Source: an uncultured Planctomycetota bacterium
Lineage (GTDB): Bacteria > Planctomycetota > Planctomycetia > Isosphaerales > Isosphaeraceae
NCBI GenBank assembly: GCA_963737655.1
Contig: CAVTTN010000002.1
Span: 2,432,001-2,496,000, forward strand
Direction: 5' to 3'
Length of the DNA: 64,000 bases
In this document: one piece after another, positions 1 to 9,993 of the stretch
Numbering within the stretch: position 1 is the stretch's first letter
Layout of the letters: the number at the start of each line of letters is the position of its first letter
Notes under the pieces: generated by a model
What the model saw: the letters and a program-made list of their open reading frames with translations, nothing else
Told to the model about the DNA's origin: nothing
Database searches by the model: none
Translations under genes and position numbers: made by a program

Positions 1-284
1 TGGAGGTCGGCGTCGAGCGTGAGGACGACCTCGCCCCGGCTCGTCCCGAACCCGGCCGAGAGCGCCGCCGCCTTGCCGAAGTTGCGGCGGAGGCGGATCG
101 CCCGGACCCGGGGATCGTTCTCGGCCAGGGAGCGGAGGACGTCCCAGGAGCCGTCCCGGCTGCCGTCGTCCACGAAGACGAACTCGGCGGGTATGCCGAG
201 CGCCGCGACGGCCCGGCCGAGCTGGCCGAGGAGTTCGGGAAGGCTCTCGGCCTCGTTGAACAGGGGGATCACGACCGAGATCAT
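1..284 (-). CDS. Glycosyltransferase family 2, polyprenol-phosphate sugar transferase (ArnC/DPM-like); runs off the window edge
   Basis: Manual translation MISVVIPLFNEAESL...VFVDDGSRDGS...RRNFGKAAALSAG...LTLDADL; ATG overlaps the TGA of the upstream gene (ATGA). Confidence 0.9.
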   Translation of the reverse strand, partial: MISVVIPLFNEAESLPELLGQLGRAVAALGIPAEFVFVDDGSRDGSWDVLRSLAENDPRVRAIRLRRNFGKAAALSAGFGTSRGEVVLTLDADL

Positions 285-1273
285 GGCGCCGACACCTCGA
301 CCGGGGCCTTCGTGGGGCTGAAGCTCAGGAAGGCCGCCGCCGCGACGACCTCCCCCACGACCCACGCCAGGCGGAGCCCCAGGGAGGCGACCACGGCGAG
401 GTCCTGATCGAGGACCGCGCCCAGGGCCGTCCAGAGGACCCACTCGCGGACGCCCAGCCCTCCCGGGGCGACCGCCACCACGAACCCGGCGACCGTCGCC
501 AGGGCCACGCTCCCCACCGCCGCCGGCCATGCCCATCCTGGGAGACCTCCGGGGACCATCGATCGAATCACCGCCACCTGGCTGAACCCGAGGCAGAGCC
601 ACCCCAGGACGTCCAGGAGCAAAACCTTGCCCAGCAACCCGTTGGACAGTTTCGGCAGGCTCTCCGCCGAGACCCCGGGGAACCGCTTTCCCAGCCTCGC
701 CGAGACCCAGGAGAACCCCCGAGGGCTCACCAGCACCAGGAACCCCACGCCGGCCGCCAGGCCCATCCAGCCCAGGGCGACCTCGAACGAGCCGAACCGG
801 CCCAGGGACAGCCGGATCGGGCCCGAGCGGACCGCCGCGAAGCCGATCGCCGCCACGAACCCGCCGGCCGCCATCATCGCCAGGGTTTCATACACCGAGG
901 CGAATGCCGTGGTCGCCGCCCGGGCCCCGCCCGGGGCCATCAGGCCGACCCTCATCACCACGACCAGCGCCTTGCCCGGGACGTACTTGCCGAGATGGCT
1001 GACGAAGTAGGCGCGGAGGCCGTCGGCCCGCCGGACCGGCCCCGGACCGCTCCTCATCACCGCGACGAACGCCAGGCCGTACCAGACCAGGCCCACCAGG
1101 TACAGGGCCACGGCCAGGATCGCCCAGGACGGATCGACCCGAGGCAGGCCGCCTCGCGAGCCCAGGTCGTTCCAGGTCCGGCGGACGTGGAGGCCGACGG
1201 CGACCAGCACCGCGAGGCCGACGGCCGCCTTGACCAGCCGTTTGACGAGGTTTTTCCCGCGGAGATCGGCCAC
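281..1273 (-). CDS. Lysylphosphatidylglycerol synthase TM / flippase-like (UPF0104) membrane protein
   Basis: Multi-pass hydrophobic protein with YFVSHLGKYVPGK and APGGLGVRE motifs; GTG start after GAAGGA. Confidence 0.8.
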   Translation of the reverse strand: MADLRGKNLVKRLVKAAVGLAVLVAVGLHVRRTWNDLGSRGGLPRVDPSWAILAVALYLVGLVWYGLAFVAVMRSGPGPVRRADGLRAYFVSHLGKYVPGKALVVVMRVGLMAPGGARAATTAFASVYETLAMMAAGGFVAAIGFAAVRSGPIRLSLGRFGSFEVALGWMGLAAGVGFLVLVSPRGFSWVSARLGKRFPGVSAESLPKLSNGLLGKVLLLDVLGWLCLGFSQVAVIRSMVPGGLPGWAWPAAVGSVALATVAGFVVAVAPGGLGVREWVLWTALGAVLDQDLAVVASLGLRLAWVVGEVVAAAAFLSFSPTKAPVEVSAP

Positions 1274-1537
1274 TCGTCCTTCGCTCGCCTTCTCGATCTC
1301 GCCCAGCTCGCCCCAGCCTTCGATCCGTCTCAGGCTAGCCGTGGCTTCCCCGGTCCGCAAGGGGCGGGGGAGGCCGACGGGTGGGTCGGGGCGACCCGGC
1401 CGTCTTCTAGAGCGTTGAAACTTGCGGTTTTCTTCCGTCCGCCCGGGAAAAAACTCGAAGTTTTCGCGCGTTCTTCGGTAGTCGTTTCCGAGGCACGGGT
1501 TGTGACGAGAGGGGCGAGCGAATTTCGGGGCGATCGG

Positions 1538-1659
1538 CGCTCCTTCGACTTCCCGGAAAACGGGAAGGAGCGTGGGGACTCGCCATCTGGCCACCGAAGG
1601 GCGGAGGGCAGACACAAATGGGTTCCTGCCCTGGTGGCGAGTCGCCGACGGCAGGGCAG
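1538..1659 (+). promoter_or_regulatory. Candidate structured 5' leader RNA upstream of the DUF1559 gene
   Basis: Hairpin 1538-1572; 11-bp stem 1577-1587/1633-1643 enclosing stem 1605-1611/1626-1632; competing pairing 1626-1633/1652-1659. Confidence 0.35.
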
Positions 1660-1742
1660 CCCGGGGATTCCCTCGCGCGGCCCCTCTCGGCGACAATCGA
1701 GAGGCCCCCCCGACCGCCCTCCGCCGCCCGGAGCCTCCCGCC

Positions 1743-2762
1743 ATGATCGCCCGCCCCGCCCGGCCGCCCCTCCGAGCCGGCTTCACCCTGATTGAACTCC
1801 TGGTGGTCATCGCCATCATCGGCGTGTTGATCGGCCTGTTGCTGCCGGCCGTCCAGGCGGCCCGAGAGGCCGCCCGCCGGGGGCAATGCTCGAACAACTT
1901 GAAGCAGATCGGCCTGGCGATGCACAACTATCATGCATCGTGGGACGCATTCCCGGTAGGGTTCCTCGTCCCCTCGGGGCCGATCCCGGCGGAGACCTCG
2001 GCCCAGCAGTATCGGTGGTCGGCCCTGGCGCAGCTCTCGCCGTTCCTGGAGCAGTCGAACCTCTTCGCCGCCCTGAACTTCGGCCTCCCCCTGGCGCACA
2101 AGCCCAGCGGCCCGGCCTCGGCGTTCTGGCCGTTCTATCCGCAGAACGCCACCGCGATGGCCACGACCGTTTCGACGTTCCTCTGCCCGAGCGACGGGGC
2201 CCGCCCCCCGGCCGATGACTCGGGGCCGACCAATTACGCCGTGAGCACCGGCAGCGGCTCCAACGGCGGAGACGCCACCAACGCCGACGGCCTGTTCGCC
2301 CTGGGCGAGGTCCACTCGATCCGGGACGTCCTGGACGGCACCTCGACCACGGCCGCCGCCTCGGAGTCCGTCCTGGGGATCGCCGGTCCCTATACCCAGA
2401 CCACCCCGTTGCCCGTCCCGATGCCCTGGCAACGCGCGTTTGCCCGGGTCGCCGCCGGGCCGTTGACCGATTCGGGGTGCGCGTCGGCCCCGAGCGGCTG
2501 GCTCCTGAATAAAGGCTCGTCCTGGTGGGACGGCAACTATCTGAACACGCTCTACAATCACTACAGGACGCCGAACTCGGGCGTCCCCGACTGCGTGACC
2601 TACCACAACCCGGGCTGGAGGGCCGCGCGAAGCTACCATCGCGGAGGCGTGAACGTCCTGTTCGCCGACGGCCACGTCACGTTCGCCCGCGACGCGATCG
2701 ACCCGGCCTCGTGGAAGGCCCTGAGCACTCGGGCCGGAGGAGAGGTCCCGTCGGGATTGTGA
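1743..2762 (+). CDS. DUF1559 family prepilin-type N-terminal methylation protein
   Basis: [52 protein letters not shown]-terminal [16 protein letters not shown] (H-X9-DG). Confidence 0.95.
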   Translation: MIARPARPPLRAGFTLIELLVVIAIIGVLIGLLLPAVQAAREAARRGQCSNNLKQIGLAMHNYHASWDAFPVGFLVPSGPIPAETSAQQYRWSALAQLSPFLEQSNLFAALNFGLPLAHKPSGPASAFWPFYPQNATAMATTVSTFLCPSDGARPPADDSGPTNYAVSTGSGSNGGDATNADGLFALGEVHSIRDVLDGTSTTAAASESVLGIAGPYTQTTPLPVPMPWQRAFARVAAGPLTDSGCASAPSGWLLNKGSSWWDGNYLNTLYNHYRTPNSGVPDCVTYHNPGWRAARSYHRGGVNVLFADGHVTFARDAIDPASWKALSTRAGGEVPSGL

Positions 2763-3203
2763 CGGTTTGGCCGGATATCCCGGATTCGCCGAGTCTTCCG
2801 ATCGGGCCGAGTTTGCGGACGTTCGGAAAGATCGACATGAATCTTGAGGAAATCTTTTGGATTCCAGGCGCGTCGTGATAAATTAGCACGACCTCGCCGC
2901 CCCCCCCGGCGAGCTGGCGGCGCCGCCCTTCTCCCGGTCCGTCGTCGAACGACGCAACGGGTTTTGCACCAAAGAGTTCGGATATCAAGAGAGACCCAGA
3001 CTTCGGACGGCCCAGCGGGCCTGTCCCCGCCGGAAATCGCCCCCAGGAGGCGGTCCCCGGAGCTTCCGCGCGCCGGATTCGGCACCCTCCGAGGGCCGTC
3101 GAGGCCCGACGCCGCGACCAGACGTGAGCTAACCCTTCTTTCATCAGGACAGGACGGATCGTTCCCGATCGCCCAGGGAGGTGGCGGCCCGAGAGACCTC
3201 CCC

Positions 3204-6200
3204 ATGAGCCGCCCCCGTCGTCGCCGAGCCGTTCGTCCCTCGGTCCTTCCGCTCGATCCTCGCGTGATGCCCTCCGGGGCGACGCCCTCGGGCACGTGGA
3301 TCGGCCAGGACGGCCACGATTACGTCGGAACGTCGTCCACCATCGCCCCCGACGGCGTCCAGGACATCCACATCGGCCTCACCGGCCTGCCGGCCGATCG
3401 GTCGATCGCCTGGATCGACATGCAGGGCCTTGGCGGAGGCGAGTCCGAATACAACGGGCCTTACGGAGTCGCCGCCATCGCCGTCCAACGGGCTTCGGGA
3501 TCGACGACGGCCGACCTGTTCGTCGATCCGTACCAGGTCGAGACCGGGCGGCCGTTCCAGTTCACGATCCGGTACGACGACGGCTCGACCTCGGGGTTCT
3601 GGGTCCAGGGCGGGGCGGCCGACCCGAACCTGAGGATGCCCTCGGCCAAGGCCCAGCTCGGGTGGATCGGCCAGGACGGCCACGACTCGGTCGGCCCGAA
3701 CGCCTCGGCCGGGCCCGACGGCGTCCAGGACGTCCACCTGACCCTCGCGAACCTCTCGGCCGACGTGGCGATTTCCGCCCTGACGATCACCTCCTCGGGG
3801 GGGGCCACCTGGCAGTTCGGGGCGAATCCCCTCGGAGCGGCGAGGATCGACGTCCAGCGATCGTCGTCCGATCCCTCGAAGGCCGACCTTTACGTGGCCG
3901 CCCAGGGCGACCCGTCCGGCCAGACGTTCACCGCCTCGATCCAGTACGCCAACGGCAAGAGCGACTCGGCCTCGGTCGTCGCCGGGCCCGCGAACCCCGG
4001 GCTCGCCGAGACCCCGACGGCCCCGGCGGCGCCCGTGTTCTCCTCGGCGATCTCGGCGACCTGGATCGGCCAGGACGGGCAAAACCTCGTCGGCCCCGGG
4101 GCGGCACGGATCGCCCTCTCGGGGATCCCGAGCGGACGGACCATCGTGGCCGCCGCCCTGAGCGATCCGGCCAACGGCGAGTGGTCGTTCAAGTCCAATG
4201 CGGGCGTCCCATTCTACACCGATCCCTGGACCGATGTGTTGGCCGTCCGGGCCAATGGCCCCGGCCAGGCCGACGTCTCGTTCCCTCCCGCTCGCAACGA
4301 GATCGGTGCGACGCTGACCCTCCGCGTCCTCCTGGATGACGGCTCCCAGGCCGTCACCACGGTCCTCGCCGGGGCGACCGACCCGGGCCTCCGGGGGCCG
4401 ATGCCGTCGAGCTCCTCGGTCGTCGCGAAGCCGGGCGATGACCTCAACGCACTGGCCAGCCGGTACGGGACGGTCCGGCTCTCGGCCGGGACGTATCCGA
4501 TGAACGCCCCGTTGACGTTGACGCAACCCGTCTCGATCCTCGCCGATCCGGGCGTCGCGCTGATGTTCACCCAGGCGGCGAACGCCCCGTCGTGGTCGGC
4601 GGCGATCAAGGTCCGCGCCTCCCACGTGACGCTCGACGGCTTCGCCGTGAGGTTCTCCGGGCCGGTGAACTGGGACCAGTCCGTGAGTTACGGCCCGGCG
4701 GTGATCGGGACGACCGACAGTACCGATACCGGCCCCTCCGGGCTGGTCGTGGGCCTGACGATCACCCACCTCGACCTCCAATCGCCGCCGGTTCCGGCCG
4801 GGGCGAACGTCGAGGCGCCGGGGATGATCCGGCTGGCCTCGGGCCTGGGCGGGACGATCGCGAACAACAAGCTCAACGGAGGGACGACGACGTTCCTCGG
4901 CGGCCCGTGGTCGATCGTGGGGAATACCTACGTCGGGACGGTCCCGAACACCTTCACCTGGGCCGCGTTCGCCGGCCATTCGACTCATGACGTGACCCTC
5001 TCGGGCAACATCGCCCAGCCCCAGGGCGGATCGGGCAAGACCTGGCGGTTCCTGGTCCTCACCGGGACCGGCTCGGGCGATTCGATCGCCAATAACACGG
5101 TGATCGGGATCGGGCCGAGAGACACCGATACCGTCGATGTGAACGCGGCCGAGGTCATCCTGACCGAGTCGTACAGCCTGGACTTCGAGGGGGTCTCCGA
5201 ATCGATCTCGGCCGACGGCCGGATCTTGCGGATCCCCTCGCCCCAGGGGGGCGCGGCCCGCACCGGAGATGAGGTGGCGATCCTCTCCGGGCCGTTCGCC
5301 GGGCAGTTTCGCCGGATCAGCCAGGCGCTCGGCCCCCAGGTGTATCTGATGGACCAGCCGTTGCCGGCCGGTTCGTATGCGATCTCGATCGCCTCGGGGT
5401 TCGTCGGCGAGAAGTTCGTGAACAACACGATCGACTGCCGGGGGTCGTCGGCCGCCGGAGACCTCGTCCTGACCGGCAACCATTACGGGACGGTCGTCGC
5501 GAACAACCTCCTGATGGGCGGCTCCCAGGGGTTCAAGATTTCTTCCTCGCCGACGGAGGACCCGGTGCAGTGGGGCTGGTCGCACGACCCGTTCCTCGGC
5601 GCCACGATCGACGGCAACACGATCACCGACGCCCTGAACGGCGCGACGATCGGCGTGGAGCACTCCCCGGCGATCTCCGGGGACGGCGGCCGGGTCTACT
5701 TCTCGGGGACGCTCACCGACAACACCGTGACCTGGTCCTCCGCGTTCGCTCAGGGCCACGGGGCGACGGCCCCGGGCCTGATCGTCGGCGACCCCGGCGG
5801 CAGCAGCCCCGGGGAGATCGCCCTGACGACCGGGGGGAACGACTCCGACGCCCCGGCTGGCTACAACCCCACGCTCCAGGTCATTTCCGGGACGCTCGAC
5901 GGCCAGGCGATGACGAACCGGACCTTCTCGCTCGCGGCCCTGGCCCCTCCGGCGCCGACGGGCCTGGCGCTCATGAATGACTCGGGAAATTCGGCGAGCG
6001 ACGGCCTGACCAACGACGGGCGAATCCGGTTCAACGCGGTCCCGGCGGCCTCGGGCTACGAGTTCCGCGTGAATGGATCGACCACGTATCTGGCCAGCGG
6101 GCCGCCCTCGGGGTTCCTGCCGACGGGGCTGGTCGAGGGCGTCAACACGATCGCGATCCGGGCGATCGACGCCGAGGGACGCCGAGGGGCCGACGCGATC

Positions 6201-7094
6201 CTGACGTTCACCCTGGACACCACGCCGCCTCCGGCGGTCGCGAACCTCGCCGGGACGGCCTCGGGCGTGACGTTCTCGGCGGCGGAGGCCGGGGCCTCGA
6301 ACTCGGAGCAGGTCGGGACCGCCGCCCTGGTGGCGATCGGTCCGGCCACGTCGTTCGTGCCCTCGGGCCTGACGACCGGGGCGAACCGCGTGGGAGTGAT
6401 CGCGACCGACGCCGCCGGGAACGTCGGCCCCGAGTCGTGGATCACCATCACCGTGGCCCCCGATCCCACCCCGTCGCCGACACCGACACCAACCCCGTCG
6501 CCGACGCCAACCCCCACCCCGTCGCCGACGGCGCCCTCGGACCCGTTGCCGACGGGCCAGTGGCTGGGTCAGGACGGCCACGACCTCGTCGGCCCCTCGC
6601 CGGTGGCCGGGCCCGACGGCATCCAGGACGTCCACATCGCCCTGGCCGGGCTCCGGGCCGATCATGCGATCACGTTCGTTGATATCGAGGGACTCGGCGG
6701 CGGCCAGTGGCAGTACGGAGGGGGCTGGGGCCCGTGGCGGGCGGCCCTGGTCCGGTCCTCGGGCTCGTCGTCGGCCGATCTGTACTTCCAGCCCGGCCAG
6801 GTCGAGACGGGCCGACCGTTCGTCGTGGCTCTCGTGTATGACGACGGCGTCTCGGTGAAGTTCTGGGTCGCCGGAGGCGCCGCCGACCCCTCGAAGACGA
6901 TGCCGCAGGTCGCCCCGGCCCCGACCGGGTCCCCGGCGGCGGCCGTGGCCTCGTCCCCGACCGCCAAGCAAAAGGCCAAGGCCAAGGTCAAGAAGGCCAA
7001 GGCCAAGAAGCCGCTCGTTCGGGCCAAGGCCAAGCACGCCATCACCGTCGTCGGCCATGCCTGGACGCGAAAACCCGGGAAATCCAAACCGTAG
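3204..7094 (+). CDS. Large secreted protein: four WxGQDG repeat domains, parallel beta-helix, Ig-like domains, PT linker, Lys-rich tail
   Basis: N-terminus RRRR...LPLDPRVMPS resembles the planctomycete LEPRxLL export motif; repeats near 3290, 3660, 4060, 6560; Asn/Thr-rich beta-helix rungs; LALMNDSG...DGLTND and FTLDTTPP Big-like motifs. Confidence 0.8.
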   Translation: MSRPRRRRAVRPSVLPLDPRVMPSGATPSGTWIGQDGHDYVGTSSTIAPDGVQDIHIGLTGLPADRSIAWIDMQGLGGGESEYNGPYGVAAIAVQRASGSTTADLFVDPYQVETGRPFQFTIRYDDGSTSGFWVQGGAADPNLRMPSAKAQLGWIGQDGHDSVGPNASAGPDGVQDVHLTLANLSADVAISALTITSSGGATWQFGANPLGAARIDVQRSSSDPSKADLYVAAQGDPSGQTFTASIQYANGKSDSASVVAGPANPGLAETPTAPAAPVFSSAISATWIGQDGQNLVGPGAARIALSGIPSGRTIVAAALSDPANGEWSFKSNAGVPFYTDPWTDVLAVRANGPGQADVSFPPARNEIGATLTLRVLLDDGSQAVTTVLAGATDPGLRGPMPSSSSVVAKPGDDLNALASRYGTVRLSAGTYPMNAPLTLTQPVSILADPGVALMFTQAANAPSWSAAIKVRASHVTLDGFAVRFSGPVNWDQSVSYGPAVIGTTDSTDTGPSGLVVGLTITHLDLQSPPVPAGANVEAPGMIRLASGLGGTIANNKLNGGTTTFLGGPWSIVGNTYVGTVPNTFTWAAFAGHSTHDVTLSGNIAQPQGGSGKTWRFLVLTGTGSGDSIANNTVIGIGPRDTDTVDVNAAEVILTESYSLDFEGVSESISADGRILRIPSPQGGAARTGDEVAILSGPFAGQFRRISQALGPQVYLMDQPLPAGSYAISIASGFVGEKFVNNTIDCRGSSAAGDLVLTGNHYGTVVANNLLMGGSQGFKISSSPTEDPVQWGWSHDPFLGATIDGNTITDALNGATIGVEHSPAISGDGGRVYFSGTLTDNTVTWSSAFAQGHGATAPGLIVGDPGGSSPGEIALTTGGNDSDAPAGYNPTLQVISGTLDGQAMTNRTFSLAALAPPAPTGLALMNDSGNSASDGLTNDGRIRFNAVPAASGYEFRVNGSTTYLASGPPSGFLPTGLVEGVNTIAIRAIDAEGRRGADAILTFTLDTTPPPAVANLAGTASGVTFSAAEAGASNSEQVGTAALVAIGPATSFVPSGLTTGANRVGVIATDAAGNVGPESWITITVAPDPTPSPTPTPTPSPTPTPTPSPTAPSDPLPTGQWLGQDGHDLVGPSPVAGPDGIQDVHIALAGLRADHAITFVDIEGLGGGQWQYGGGWGPWRAALVRSSGSSSADLYFQPGQVETGRPFVVALVYDDGVSVKFWVAGGAADPSKTMPQVAPAPTGSPAAAVASSPTAKQKAKAKVKKAKAKKPLVRAKAKHAITVVGHAWTRKPGKSKP

Positions 7095-7134
7095 GGTGCA
7101 TGAAATGCACCAACCCCGCGCGGGCGAAGCCCGC
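7091..7134 (+). repeat. REP family A (GTAGGGTGCATGAAATGCACC) plus GCGGGCGAAGCCCGC hairpin
   Basis: Same 21-mer recurs at 21992, 22111, 42087-42693 and 57455-57501; its TAG is the stop codon of the upstream gene. Confidence 0.85.
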
Positions 7135-7149
7135 CATCCTTGGCCCCGT

Positions 7150-7800
7150 TCACCCGCTCGATAGCAGCAACATCATCTCCGCCCTCTGGATCGCCCGGGC
7201 CAGCGCCTCCTCGGCCGATCCGGGGCGTCGGGCGGCCTCCCCGCAGAAGCCGACGAAGGCGATCGGGTCCCAGGCCCCGCCCTTCACCAGGCGTTGGGCG
7301 AGGGACTCGTCTCCGAACCCGTCCAGGATCGGGCCGGCCGTCTCGGTCAACGCGGCGAGGACCGGGTGACGGCCGACTCGTCGGAACCAGTAGGCGGCGT
7401 TGCCCGGGTCGGGTTCGCGACGGTGGGCGATCGCGTGCCAGAAGGCCGAACTCGACGATTCCCCGAGGTCGTCGGCCTCCTGGGCCGCCTCGTGGCTGGG
7501 CTCCCAGGCGTCGAGCATCTGCAATAGCCCGGCCGAGATCGCCAGCCTCGACGATCGGCCAAGCCTCGGAAAGAGGGGCGCCAGGGCCGGTTCCGTGGCG
7601 AACGGGATCAGCCCCGGCCTGTTCGGCCTGGAACGCAGGAGGGGCGGACCGCCATCATCCATCGCCGCGAAGACGATCGCCGCGAGGGTGTCGAGCGGGT
7701 CCGCCGGGCCGGCCGGCTCGCCCCGTTCGAGGCGACCGGCCAGGTCGATCCACTCGGCCGTTCTCGAGGGGTCTTCGACCCGTTCGCGGAGGCCCGTCAT
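7150..7800 (-). CDS. Conserved hypothetical protein
   Basis: 216-aa ORF with SHEAAQ...WHAIAHRREPDPGNAAYWFRRVGRHP motif; start overlaps the stop of the HINT gene. Confidence 0.7.
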   Translation of the reverse strand: MTGLRERVEDPSRTAEWIDLAGRLERGEPAGPADPLDTLAAIVFAAMDDGGPPLLRSRPNRPGLIPFATEPALAPLFPRLGRSSRLAISAGLLQMLDAWEPSHEAAQEADDLGESSSSAFWHAIAHRREPDPGNAAYWFRRVGRHPVLAALTETAGPILDGFGDESLAQRLVKGGAWDPIAFVGFCGEAARRPGSAEEALARAIQRAEMMLLLSSG

Positions 7801-9869
7801 GGCCGGGCCTTCGCGTCGAGCTTCGCGAGCTCGGCCGAGTCGAACGGCGAGGCCACGGGACGGACGAGGCTATTGTCGTGGACCATCGCCCCGGCCTTCC
7901 CCACGAAGAAATCGTGCCCTCCGGCCACTTCCAGGTTGAAGACCGGCTGAATCCGCTCGGGCCGGACCTCCTGGACCCGGAGGACGCCGGAGACCGTTCG
8001 GACGAGGTCGCCGGTCTTGAGGTCTCGGGCCATCGTCCAGCCGGAGCCGGCCTTCCAGAAGCGGTGAATCCCGGTGGCGACGATCGCGTCGTCCCCCAGG
8101 TCCACGCGGAACGTCGAGGCCGGCGGATTGTGGTAGGCCGCCAGGACGGGCTGGAAGCTCAGGGAGCCGGTCGAGGTGTCGCGGGTCAGGACCACGTCGC
8201 CGACGGTCACGCGTTCGATCGGCTTCGGGCCGACCCGGGTCGTCACCACGGTCCCGGCGGCGAAGCAGCTATGCCTCTCGACGGCATAGCTCGTCGGCCC
8301 GGCGGAGAAGCTGGGGGCGATCGGCTGGGGTTGGTACGCGAGCGGGACGTTCTCGACGATCGTCGGCAGGGGCATCTGGGTCGGCGGGGTGTAGGCGTAG
8401 CCGCGACGGTCGGCGAACCAGGACCGCCACGCCTCGGCGTCGGCGTCGATGTCCTGGCCGGTGGCGTCGCGGAGGGCGCCCACGACCCGATCGTTCGAGG
8501 CGCGGATGCTCTCATTCCCGGCCTGGATCGCCGCCACGTCGGCCTCGAGCTGGCCCTCGGCGACGGCCGCCGCCTTCTGGGTCTCCAGGGCCATCCGGCC
8601 GACGGGGATCGCCTCGATCACCGACTGGTCCTGGAAGATCAGAGGCGAGCCGCCGAACTGCCTGGCGTTCCTCACGACGGTCCGCTCGGCCGTGGCGGCG
8701 TCCGAGGTGTAGAGATTACCCGAGGAAACCGGGAGGGTCGGGCCGGAGGTCTGGTTGTTTGCCGAGAGGTCGGCCCGGGCCTGCTGCCAGGTGATCTCCG
8801 TCTCCGAGTTCATGACCGTTCGGAAGATCGTCGGGAGGCCGTCGGCGCCCGTCCCGAACGTGTCTCCGGGGCGGATCGCGAGGTTCAGCGACGGCGGGGC
8901 GTAGATCCTCTGCCGGTTGAACTGCTCCCCCTCGACGAACAGGGCGCCCGGCGATCCGGGGCCGCCCACGGGCCGGACCTCGTACTTCAAGGGCTTGCGG
9001 ATCAGGTCGATCCAGAGGCTGGCGAACTCCCGGGGGTCGCGGCGGCGGAGGGTCTCGACGGCGGCGGCCCGCGAGCCGGCGGTCGGCCCGTAAATCGCCA
9101 GGACCGCCAGGGCCCGGGACGAATCCGGCGAGGCGATCTGGCCCAGAATCTGGACCAACCGCGAGGCGTCCCCGTTGCCGAACACGCGGAGGACGCCGGG
9201 CAGGGCCCGGGGGTCGGAGACGCCGGCCAGGGCGGTCTGGGCCCGGTCCTTCTTCCTCGGGTCGTTCAGCTCGGCCCTCATTTTTTCGAGGCGGTTCCGC
9301 CAGTCCCGGTCGGCCTTCTTCTGGGCCTCGGATTCGGCCTTCTCGGCGGCGACCTGGGCGTCGGTGGCCCATCGTCCGCCGACTTTCTTGTAGCCGAGCC
9401 GCTTCCAGGCCGCCTCTCGCGACGGGTCGAGCCGGACGCAGCCGGTGAAGTGGGCGCGGGCCTCGGCGTCCAGCCCGTTCTCCTCGCACCAGATCCCCAG
9501 CTTCCACTGGGCCTCGGCCGTCTCGGGGGTCCTGGCCCTCTTCTCCTGATAGGAGGCGAGGGCGGCGGAGAGCCTGGCGTCGGCCTGGACCTTCTCGGCG
9601 AGATCCTCGGGGCTCCGCCAGGCCCGGCCGTCGGGGACCAGGCCCATCAGACCCCGGATCGCCGCGCTGGAGGGGTCGGCCATCGCCGCCAGGGCGAGGT
9701 GTTCGGCCTTCTCGGCGGTCAGCCCGTGGCCCTCGCACCAGAGGGCCAGCTTCGTCTGGCTGACGGCGTCGCGTCCGGCCTCGGCGCGGGCCTTCCGATA
9801 GGATGCCAAATCGTCGGCCGACGGCCCGGCCGCGGTCAAGCTCACGCAAACGATCGCCAGCGATAGCAT
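7797..9869 (-). CDS. Secreted TPR/HEAT-repeat protein with C-terminal HINT (intein-like) domain
   Basis: Signal-like MLSLAIVCVSLTAA; duplicated Q-x-KL-xx-WCExxGL units; HINT from CFAAGTVVTT (8267) to VFNLEVAGGHDFFVG...VHDNS (7869). Confidence 0.85.
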   Translation of the reverse strand: MLSLAIVCVSLTAAGPSADDLASYRKARAEAGRDAVSQTKLALWCEGHGLTAEKAEHLALAAMADPSSAAIRGLMGLVPDGRAWRSPEDLAEKVQADARLSAALASYQEKRARTPETAEAQWKLGIWCEENGLDAEARAHFTGCVRLDPSREAAWKRLGYKKVGGRWATDAQVAAEKAESEAQKKADRDWRNRLEKMRAELNDPRKKDRAQTALAGVSDPRALPGVLRVFGNGDASRLVQILGQIASPDSSRALAVLAIYGPTAGSRAAAVETLRRRDPREFASLWIDLIRKPLKYEVRPVGGPGSPGALFVEGEQFNRQRIYAPPSLNLAIRPGDTFGTGADGLPTIFRTVMNSETEITWQQARADLSANNQTSGPTLPVSSGNLYTSDAATAERTVVRNARQFGGSPLIFQDQSVIEAIPVGRMALETQKAAAVAEGQLEADVAAIQAGNESIRASNDRVVGALRDATGQDIDADAEAWRSWFADRRGYAYTPPTQMPLPTIVENVPLAYQPQPIAPSFSAGPTSYAVERHSCFAAGTVVTTRVGPKPIERVTVGDVVLTRDTSTGSLSFQPVLAAYHNPPASTFRVDLGDDAIVATGIHRFWKAGSGWTMARDLKTGDLVRTVSGVLRVQEVRPERIQPVFNLEVAGGHDFFVGKAGAMVHDNSLVRPVASPFDSAELAKLDAKARP

Positions 9870-9993
9870 GATCCGATCCCCTCGCCCGATTGCCGATCCG
9901 AGGCCCCCCGGCTCGCCGCCGGTCGCCTCCGACCCTACCATAGATACCGCAGAACACGCGATCTTCGACCCAGAAAAACGGCGAGGCCCCGCC

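Noticed and set aside
1440..1742. Cobalamin riboswitch upstream of the DUF1559 gene
   Set aside because: The conserved cobalamin elements (GCCACTG, B12 box) are not found in the expected order; kept only as an unclassified candidate RNA.
6464..6530. Short tandem repeat
   Set aside because: It encodes the Pro-Thr linker of the large secreted protein.
3144..7058. 1,304-aa antisense ORF (and similar long ORFs such as 14293-18123, 7140-9866, 44235-46604)
   Set aside because: Shadow ORFs opposite real genes, expected from high GC3 codon bias; no recognisable motifs.
7150..9869. Polymorphic toxin plus immunity pair
   Set aside because: Only about 23 residues follow the HINT domain, so there is no toxin domain to neutralise.
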